A stretch of 64,000 bases of DNA from positions 5,088,001 through 5,152,000 of the forward strand of contig OY781964.1 of NCBI GenBank assembly GCA_963677485.1, in the 5' to 3' direction. The DNA is from Armatimonadota bacterium. GTDB taxonomy: Bacteria > Armatimonadota > HRBIN16. The notes under the pieces were generated by a model. It worked only from the letters and a program-made list of their open reading frames with translations. It was not told the DNA's origin and made no database searches. The translations under genes and the position numbers were made by a program. Shown piece after piece: positions 56,884-64,000 of the stretch. Position 1 is the stretch's first letter; each line of letters starts with the position of its first letter.

Positions 56884-58905
56884 CTAGGCGTGCCAGTCCA
56901 CGTTCGTGACCTCAGTCGCGTGCCTGATGATGTATTCCTTACGAGGCTCGACTTTATCACCCATCAAGATATTGAATATCTCGTCTGCATCAAGAGCGTC
57001 TTCCATCTCAACACGCAGCATCGAACGAGTAGTCGGGCTCATGGTCGTGTCGAACAGCTCTTCTGCGTTCATCTCACCCAGACCTTTAAACCGGCCTACC
57101 AGCACGTTGCGCTTGCGTATGCGCTTGAGTATCTCGTCGCGCTGTGGTTCAGTCAGAGCGTAGTAGCGTTCGTCCTTGCCGGCCTTAATCACATAAAGCG
57201 GCGGCTGAGCGATATAGATATGTCCCTCTTCGATCAAAGGCCTCATGTAACGGAAGAAGAAGGTCATCAGCAAGGTCCGGATGTGGTCACCATCAACATC
57301 AGCATCAGTCATGATGATAATTTTGTGATATCGAAGCTTACTGAGATCAAACTTGCTGCCGCCCTCTGAATTCTCTTCAGAATCATCACCATTGGTAGTG
57401 CCAGAAGCGATACCTGTTCCCAGTGCCGCGATGAGTGACCGTATGGTATCACTCTCGAGTGCCTTATCAAGCCGAGCCTTTTCCACGTTCAGGATCTTGC
57501 CCCTGAGCGGCAGTATGGCTTGTGTGCGGCGATCTCGTCCTTGTTTTGCGGAGCCACCTGCCGAGTCACCCTCAACTATGAACAGCTCGCAGTTTTCGGG
57601 GTTTCGATCAGAACAGTCCGCTAGTTTACCGGGCAGCGAGGTGTTCTCAAGTGCGCTTTGGCGTTTGACCAGATCAGCAGCACGACGGGCTGCGTCGCGA
57701 ACTCGCTGGGCTAACTGCGACTTATCGATGATCCGTTTCGCGATGGCGGGGTTTTCATCAAAGTATGTCCCCAGAGCTTCGCCGACCACGGAGTTGACAA
57801 GACCCTCGATTTCGCCGTTACCAAGCTTCGTCTTGGTCTGACCCTCAAACTGCGGGTTAAACAGCAGCACATTAACTACCGCAGTGAGTCCTTCACGGAC
57901 ATCATCACCACTGAAATTGGGGTCTTTCTCTTTGAGCAAATTGTTCTTACGGGCATAGTTGTTGATAACACGTGTCAAAGCCGTCTTCAGCCCAGATACA
58001 TGCGTGCCACCTTCAGTGGTATGAATGTTGTTGGCGAAGGACACGATGGTATCCTGGTATCCAGCGTTATACTGGATTGATATTTCCACCTGAGTATCTT
58101 CACGCGAACGGCTAAAATAGATCGGCTTGTGAAGCGGATCTCTGTTTTCGTTCAGATATTTTACATACTCTGAAATGCCTGCCGTATAGTGGAACGTACG
58201 CAGTTCTGCGTTATTCAGCTTGTCAAGGAAGGTGATCTTCACCTGTTTATTCAAGAAGGCAAGTTCTCGTATACGACGAACGAGTCGCTCTGGCTCTGGA
58301 TGCAGAGCCTCAAATATCTCAGGATCGGCGTGCCAGTGGATCAGGGTTCCAGTCTCTGTCGATTCGCCGACAACATGGATATCTCCCTGAGGAACGCCCC
58401 GTTCGAAACGCATCTCGTATAATTTACCGTTACGTCGAACCTTGGCTACCAGCCAGTCACTAAGCGCGTTCACGCAGCTCACACCAACACCGTGCAAGCC
58501 TCCAGATACGCGGTAACCACCTCCGCCAAACTTACTTCCCGCGTGAAGACGGGTTAAAGCAAGTTCCAGACCTGTTAAACCAGTTTCCGGGTTGACATCC
58601 ACAGGGATACCACGCCCGTTATCGGCCACTGAGATCGAGTAGTCTTCGTGGAAGATCACATCAACTTGGTCGCAGTATCCAGCTAGTGCCTCATCGATAC
58701 TGTTATCAATGACTTCAAAGAAGAGCTGGTGCATACCACGCACTTGGGTATCAGCTACATACATACCGGGGCGACGCCGAACCGCCTCCAAACCCTCAAG
58801 CACTGTAAATTCGGCAGCCGTATAGGCTGTCTCTACAGTCGTATTCATGTTTTCAGATTGCGTATCTATCGATTCATCCGGGGTCAGAAGTTCGTCGTCA
58901 AGCAT
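56884..58905 (-). CDS. gyrB: DNA gyrase subunit B
   Basis: LEGLEAVRRRPGMY, EVIDNSIDE, SGGLHGVGVS, EGDSAGGSAKQGR, PLRGKILNV, MTDADVDG, RFKGLGEM. Confidence 0.95.
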   Translation of the reverse strand: MLDDELLTPDESIDTQSENMNTTVETAYTAAEFTVLEGLEAVRRRPGMYVADTQVRGMHQLFFEVIDNSIDEALAGYCDQVDVIFHEDYSISVADNGRGIPVDVNPETGLTGLELALTRLHAGSKFGGGGYRVSGGLHGVGVSCVNALSDWLVAKVRRNGKLYEMRFERGVPQGDIHVVGESTETGTLIHWHADPEIFEALHPEPERLVRRIRELAFLNKQVKITFLDKLNNAELRTFHYTAGISEYVKYLNENRDPLHKPIYFSRSREDTQVEISIQYNAGYQDTIVSFANNIHTTEGGTHVSGLKTALTRVINNYARKNNLLKEKDPNFSGDDVREGLTAVVNVLLFNPQFEGQTKTKLGNGEIEGLVNSVVGEALGTYFDENPAIAKRIIDKSQLAQRVRDAARRAADLVKRQSALENTSLPGKLADCSDRNPENCELFIVEGDSAGGSAKQGRDRRTQAILPLRGKILNVEKARLDKALESDTIRSLIAALGTGIASGTTNGDDSEENSEGGSKFDLSKLRYHKIIIMTDADVDGDHIRTLLMTFFFRYMRPLIEEGHIYIAQPPLYVIKAGKDERYYALTEPQRDEILKRIRKRNVLVGRFKGLGEMNAEELFDTTMSPTTRSMLRVEMEDALDADEIFNILMGDKVEPRKEYIIRHATEVTNVDWHA

Positions 58906-59140
58906 GAGTTCCCTCCGTGGAAACAGTCCGTAATTCCTGAAATACGGAACGTATCGATTGGCAAGTTATATAATATCTACCTTTTCCATTTTATCATTTT
59001 TTGGGTTCATTCACCAGTCATTCTGTGCTGAACCTGTATACTTATGTATAGCTGTTTTTAAGGCACACAAGGGAACTGATTGGCGCCGATTCGTAGTAAT
59101 ATAATATACAGTACAGCCTATATTTCGAGGTGATCGCAGC

Positions 59141-59767
59141 TTGAATCTCAAAACGATAATCATTTGTGGCGCGTTACTCACGTCACTCTACAACACTGGT
59201 TTCGCCGCTCCGGCAGCCCCAAAGAGTAAACCTGTAGTTAAAACAAACACCCAAACGAGTGCATGGCCTAGCCAGGACCCTGCCGTGCGGACATCGATGT
59301 ATGTCAGACTGCTGAACATGACACCAGATCAAGTGAAGAAACTCTCTTCACTGACCACTAAGCACAATGCGCAGTATGCAAAAATCGGACAGTCGAAGTC
59401 GGACATCACCGTCCGCTTAAAGATGGCACGCGAACTACGCAAGAACTACCAGAAGTCGATAATGGCCCTGCTCAGTCCTGCCCAAAAGGACAGATTCAGC
59501 AAGATAACAGCAAGTGAAGTGCGGGTTGAAATGCTGCGCCAGCAGCTAAACCTGACGCAAGAACAGTCCGTAGGGATGGCAAAGCTGATGAAGGAGGCCG
59601 GTGACACTATTAAGAGATTACAAGAAGCGGAATCGAAAAAAGAAATCACCGCCGACCAACGTGCGAAAGGCTTCGCCGAAGCTCGCAAAAAGCTGGATGA
59701 CGGAGTGAAATCATTGCTCACGCCTCAGCAGATACAAAAAATGAATCAGGGATTCTCCAAACGCTAA
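59141..59767 (+). CDS. Secreted helical LTxxQ-repeat (Spy/CpxP-like) protein
   Basis: Signal peptide, basic. Repeats LNMTPDQ, LLSPAQ, LNLTQEQ, LLTPQQ. Confidence 0.65.
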   Translation: MNLKTIIICGALLTSLYNTGFAAPAAPKSKPVVKTNTQTSAWPSQDPAVRTSMYVRLLNMTPDQVKKLSSLTTKHNAQYAKIGQSKSDITVRLKMARELRKNYQKSIMALLSPAQKDRFSKITASEVRVEMLRQQLNLTQEQSVGMAKLMKEAGDTIKRLQEAESKKEITADQRAKGFAEARKKLDDGVKSLLTPQQIQKMNQGFSKR

Positions 59768-59933
59768 AGGCCAGTCTATTATCCACAAATACCGCATAGC
59801 CAATAGATCGCCGATTCCGCGACATAAATGTCTCGGCACATGATCGATACAACCCCAATCTAGATTTGCGGGTAATAGACAAACACTAAAGGCATTGGCT
59901 GGGTGCTCATACTACAGCACCCAGCCAGTTTCC

Positions 59934-62510
59934 CTACTCAAACGTAAACTCACCGCCGATATAATCCACTGTGAGTTTGTCAGTGGTCTTAGCATCACCG
60001 GCAATCAACCTCTTCGCCAGCTTGTTAAGAATTCGCTTCTGTATGACCCGTTTGAGCGGTCGTGCCCCATACACCGGATCATACCCCAATGCAGCCAGTT
60101 CTGACCGGCACGCATCAGTCAGGCACAGTTCTATCCCCTGAACCTGCAGACGTTCGATCACCTGAGCAAGCTGGATATCGACAATCCTGCGGATATCGGC
60201 CACACTCAGTTGATGGAAAATCACGATCTCATCTACCCGGTTTAGGAACTCAGGCCTGAAGTGCGACTGGGCGATTTCCATCACACTCCTCGACACCTTG
60301 TCTTGATCATCGAGGCTGTGCTCTGCGATCACGTTGCTGCCCAGGTTGCTGGTCATGATCAGCACACAGTTCTTGAAGTCGACTGTTCGCCCCTGCCCAT
60401 CGGTCAACCTGCCGTCATCCAGCACCTGCAATAGCACGTTGAACACATCAGGGTGTGCTTTTTCGATCTCATCAAACAGCACGACAGAGTATGGTCGACG
60501 GCGGACCTGCTCTGTCAACTGCCCACCCTCATCGAATCCCACGTAACCTGGAGGAGCACCAATGAGCTTGGCCACCGAATGCTTTTCCATGTATTCACTC
60601 ATATCGATGCGGATCATGGCGCGTTCATCGTCGAACAAGAACTCCGCTAAAGCACGTGCCAATTCGGTCTTCCCCACTCCAGTAGGACCGAAGAACATAA
60701 AGCTGCCCACTGGCCGGTTGGGGTCTTGAATACCGGCACGGGCGCGCCTGACCGAGTTGGAGATCGCTTCTACCGCCTGCTCTTGGCCAACCACTCGCTC
60801 GGAGAGCCGCTGCTCCATATGCAGCAGCTTCTGCATCTCACCTTCCAACAGGCGACTCACGGGGATGTTGGTCCACTTGCTGATCACCTCGGCGATGTCG
60901 TCAGCGTCCACTTCCTCTTTGAGCAGCTTCATCCCAGCTTGCACCTGCGCTAGAGCCTCTGTTTGGACCTTGAGTTGCTTTTCAAGGTTCAATATCACGC
61001 CATACCGCAACTCGGCGGCCCGCTCCAGCCTGCCTTCCCGTTCTGCTGTCTGCTGCAACAGGCGGCTTTGCTCGATTTCGGCCTTGATGCGGCGTATCTC
61101 GGTGATGTACTGCTTCTCACGCTCCCAGTGAGCGCGCAAGCGTCCCGATTCCTCGCGTTCGTTCGCGATCATCTGCTCCAGTTTGGCTGCCCTTTCAAGG
61201 CTGGATGGATCGGTCTCTTTACGTAACGCCTCACGTTCTATCTCCATCTGCAGAACGCGCCGGTCGATCTCATCTATCTCGGTTGGCAGCGAGTCGATCT
61301 CCATTCGCAGTCGCGAAGCCGATTCGTCAATCAAGTCGATCGCCTTATCCGGTAGGAATCGGTCTGGGATATACCTGGTCGATAGCATCACGGCGGCGAT
61401 GATCGCACTGTCGGTGATCCGCACGCCATGATGTATCTCGTATCGCTCTTTTAACCCACGTAGGATGGCGATGGCACTGGCGGTATCAGGCTCTGCGACT
61501 AAAACCGGCTGGAACCGCCGTTCGAGAGCACTGTCCTTTTCGATATACTTGCGGTACTCATCAAGAGTGGTGGCGCCGATGCAGTGCAGCTCACCGCGAG
61601 CCAGCATCGGCTTCAGCATGTTAGCTGCGTCCATCGCACCGTCTGCCTTCCCAGCGCCTACCAGAGTGTGTATTTCATCGATGAAGAGCACGATCTGCCC
61701 TTCGCTCTCTCGTATCTCCTTCAGCACCGCTTTCAGACGGTCCTCGAACTCACCACGATACTTGGCCCCTGCCACCAAAGCGCCCAGGTCGAGTTGCCAC
61801 ACGGTGCGACCCTTGAGCCCTTCGGGCACATCGCCAGCTACCACACGCTGCGCCAGGCCCTCTGCGATTGCTGTCTTGCCGACACCTGGCTCACCGATCA
61901 GGGCGGGGTTGTTCTTGGTTCGACGGCTCAGCACCTGGATCACCCGGCGTATCTCTTCATCACGGCCGATCACAGGATCAAGCTTTCCGTCCCTGGCCAT
62001 CTGAGTGAGGTCACGTCCGTATTTCTCGAGTGCCTGGTATTTCTCTTCTGGATTCTGGTCAGTGACCTGTTGATTACCGCGGATATCCTTCAAAGCTTCG
62101 GTCATTTTACCGGCTTGCAGTCCACCCTGTCGAATCATCTTCCCGGCCTGGCTGTCAGAATCGACCAGTGCCAGCAGAAGGTGCTCCACCGAAACATACT
62201 GGTCCTTCATCGATTCGGCCTTGCTGACGGCGGCTTCCAGTGTTCTGCGCAGTGCTTCCGTTATAGAGGAAGCCAGTTCGGCGCCCTGAACCTTCGGGCG
62301 ACGATTCAACTCATCCTCAAGCAGCTTGCGAATCGCAGCGGCATCGCCGCCAGCCTTAGCTATCAACGGAGATGCAATGCCTTCGGTTTGACCGAGCAAT
62401 GCGGACAGCAGATGCTCGTTGTCAATCTGTTGATGCCCCAGTGAGCGGGCGATCGATTGTGCCTCCGCCATCGCTTCCTGAGACTTTGTTGTAAGACGTT
62501 CCATATTCAT
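59934..62510 (-). CDS. clpB: Chaperone ClpB
   Basis: Two AAA+ modules ([16 protein letters not shown]), long coiled-coil M-domain (RAAELRYG), no IGF loop. Confidence 0.97.
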   Translation of the reverse strand: MNMERLTTKSQEAMAEAQSIARSLGHQQIDNEHLLSALLGQTEGIASPLIAKAGGDAAAIRKLLEDELNRRPKVQGAELASSITEALRRTLEAAVSKAESMKDQYVSVEHLLLALVDSDSQAGKMIRQGGLQAGKMTEALKDIRGNQQVTDQNPEEKYQALEKYGRDLTQMARDGKLDPVIGRDEEIRRVIQVLSRRTKNNPALIGEPGVGKTAIAEGLAQRVVAGDVPEGLKGRTVWQLDLGALVAGAKYRGEFEDRLKAVLKEIRESEGQIVLFIDEIHTLVGAGKADGAMDAANMLKPMLARGELHCIGATTLDEYRKYIEKDSALERRFQPVLVAEPDTASAIAILRGLKERYEIHHGVRITDSAIIAAVMLSTRYIPDRFLPDKAIDLIDESASRLRMEIDSLPTEIDEIDRRVLQMEIEREALRKETDPSSLERAAKLEQMIANEREESGRLRAHWEREKQYITEIRRIKAEIEQSRLLQQTAEREGRLERAAELRYGVILNLEKQLKVQTEALAQVQAGMKLLKEEVDADDIAEVISKWTNIPVSRLLEGEMQKLLHMEQRLSERVVGQEQAVEAISNSVRRARAGIQDPNRPVGSFMFFGPTGVGKTELARALAEFLFDDERAMIRIDMSEYMEKHSVAKLIGAPPGYVGFDEGGQLTEQVRRRPYSVVLFDEIEKAHPDVFNVLLQVLDDGRLTDGQGRTVDFKNCVLIMTSNLGSNVIAEHSLDDQDKVSRSVMEIAQSHFRPEFLNRVDEIVIFHQLSVADIRRIVDIQLAQVIERLQVQGIELCLTDACRSELAALGYDPVYGARPLKRVIQKRILNKLAKRLIAGDAKTTDKLTVDYIGGEFTFE

Positions 62511-62549
62511 GGCATTACCTCCTGCCGAGTCGGGTCTATCACTACCTTA

Positions 62550-62602
62550 AGGATACTACTTGATAATAATATTGTCAAGTAGTATGACACTATATATGTC
62601 AT
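62550..62602 (-). promoter_or_regulatory. clpB promoter overlapped by HAIR-like (HspR-type) operators
   Basis: Minus-strand TTGACA-N17-TATCCT. Palindrome TACTACTTGA-N11-TCAAGTAGTA at 62554-62584 and ATGACA-N7-TGTCAT at 62584-62602. Confidence 0.7.
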
Positions 62603-62762
62603 GTATGAATTACGAATTACTCCTGATGATATTTGATTATCTGTCTGTAGAAAAGGTATCGTTCTAGAGTTTGAGGCAGCCCAGGCTGTAACTTGCGCGT
62701 CATGCGGAGGTGACAGTTTGATAAACGAATGGGGGTATGCTTCTACAGCAGCCCATTGTTGC

Positions 62763-62922
62763 CTATGTCCGGGGCGGTCTGTGCGTAGGCTAGCGGATGC
62801 AGAAGGCTCAAGACCGCGCCGGTCTGGCGGATAGCCCAGAAAGATATATGTCGCGAACAGGACCGGCGCGGTCTATCGACAGTGGCCTCCGCAGGCGTAC
62901 TGGCAGACCGCCCCGGACATAG
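62763..62922. repeat. Nested inverted-repeat element (MITE/REP-like)
   Basis: 19-bp perfect IR (62763-62781 / 62904-62922) enclosing a 14-bp perfect IR (62811-62824 / 62861-62874). Confidence 0.8.
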
Positions 62923-62963
62923 CCAAACCAGTTGCCCATGGAGAAATCAGAAGAGGAAGGCCT

Positions 62964-63860
62964 CTAACGACAGAGGCCCAGTTCAACAGCTTGATCAAGC
63001 GGAACGCTTTCGAGGTAATCAAGCACTATCACGGTGCAGTTATCCTTACCGCCGTCATCAATCGCCATGTCAACCAGCTTCTCAGCTGCCTGACACGCCC
63101 AGTTTTCCATCAGCACATTCAAGATGCTCTCGTCACCCACATGCGTAGTCAGACCATCGGAGCAGAGCAGAAGCTTGTCACCGGGCAGCAGAGGCACATA
63201 GAATACCTCTCCTTCCGCCCCATCGACACCTATTGCGCGAGTGATCACATTGCGATAGGTGGCATTATCCGCCTGCTCTCGGGTCAGCAGCCCCATACGC
63301 AATTGGTCGCCCACCAGCGAGTGGTCCTTGGTGATCTGGCTGATCACATCCCCGCGCACATGGTAACATCGGGAATCACCCACATTGACAATCCAGGCAG
63401 CGTCTTCTATTAACGCCACAGCGACCAGTGTCGTGCCCATTCCGCTCAGTCCACCGACAGTGCGGGCCATATTCAAGACGGTGACGTTCGCCGCATTCAC
63501 GGCGCACTTCATCGCTTCGGCCGCCATCTGCTGCTGGTCTGCATAGTAGCTGCGGGTGAATAATTGAATCGCCTTCTCACTAGCAATCTGGCCGGCACTG
63601 TGCCCACCCATACCGTCGCACACCATATACAGAGCCCCACGTGTGGCCCAGTCACGCCGGTTATCTGGCATGGTATAGCTGAGATTGTCTTCATTATGTT
63701 CACGGACACGGCCTATGGCGGTCCTCATCCCTACCCTGACCCGCGGGACGCAACTGGGCTCGATGTTCAGCAGACTGTTCTGCTCATCAAACTCAGGGCG
63801 AAACATTCTGGCAGTTGTTTCGAAAGCGTTGTTGTCCGCCTGGCCACCCTCACTGAGCAT
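62964..63860 (-). CDS. PP2C-family Ser/Thr phosphatase (PrpC/Stp-like)
   Basis: GRVREHNED, VCDGMGGH, GMGTT, NVGDSRCY, RNVITRAIG, LCSDGL, GGKDNCT. Confidence 0.95.
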   Translation of the reverse strand: MLSEGGQADNNAFETTARMFRPEFDEQNSLLNIEPSCVPRVRVGMRTAIGRVREHNEDNLSYTMPDNRRDWATRGALYMVCDGMGGHSAGQIASEKAIQLFTRSYYADQQQMAAEAMKCAVNAANVTVLNMARTVGGLSGMGTTLVAVALIEDAAWIVNVGDSRCYHVRGDVISQITKDHSLVGDQLRMGLLTREQADNATYRNVITRAIGVDGAEGEVFYVPLLPGDKLLLCSDGLTTHVGDESILNVLMENWACQAAEKLVDMAIDDGGKDNCTVIVLDYLESVPLDQAVELGLCR

Positions 63861-64000
63861 CTGTCACCACCTCATCGGGAAGTGGAATCAAACTATACAC
63901 AACGGTACCGATCTGTATCTGGTCACCCAGGTTGACATCCTGGATGGTGCCAGGGAGGAGAGGCTGTCCGTTAAACAGCGTGCCATTGGTGCTCCCAAGC
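63850..64000 (-). CDS. Partial FHA-domain protein (3' end only)
   Basis: Manual translation LGSTNGTLFNGQPL...NLGDQIQIGTVVY...DAQ* matches an FHA C-terminal half. Overlaps the PP2C start. Confidence 0.8.
   Translation of the reverse strand, partial: LGSTNGTLFNGQPLLPGTIQDVNLGDQIQIGTVVYSLIPLPDEVVTDAQ

Noticed and set aside
59779-59787. Perfect DnaA box TTATCCACA near gyrB (possible oriC)
   Set aside because: Single box with no cluster and no dnaA/dnaN; I see no strand-composition switch by eye.
61465-62444. Long + strand ORFs (286 aa, 179 aa) opposite clpB
   Set aside because: Antisense shadows of a highly conserved gene; no RBS or recognisable motifs.

Overview
Bacterial chromosomal window of roughly 50% GC by eye. 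It is mostly housekeeping genes on the minus strand: pepP-like peptidase, aroQ, hisC, argB, lexA, araD, clpC, ilvE, htpX, xseAB, metX, gyrB, clpB and a PP2C phosphatase. The plus strand carries a Zn/Mn ABC operon, ndk and glnA. There are two tRNAs (Lys-TTT on the minus strand, Leu-CAA on the plus strand). The gene style suggests a diderm Terrabacteria lineage such as Armatimonadota; this is an inference. There are two surface-polysaccharide gene groups (12.9-18.9 kb and 51.7-56.8 kb), a tandem GH129-like duplication next to a GH110-like beta-helix protein, and two REP/MITE-like palindromic elements. The best candidate for an undescribed system is the 7-gene minus-strand operon at 3074-12774. 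It encodes a ~1530-aa fusion of an apparently catalytically dead M28/PA ectodomain with a MacB/FtsX permease, an OPT-like transporter, a lone TatA, an internally duplicated Cys/His protein, a stand-alone PqqD/RRE peptide-binding protein, a minimal FtsX permease and a MacB/LolD-type ATPase. I saw no CRISPR array, rRNA, transposase or prophage. All calls come from motif recognition by eye, without database searches.
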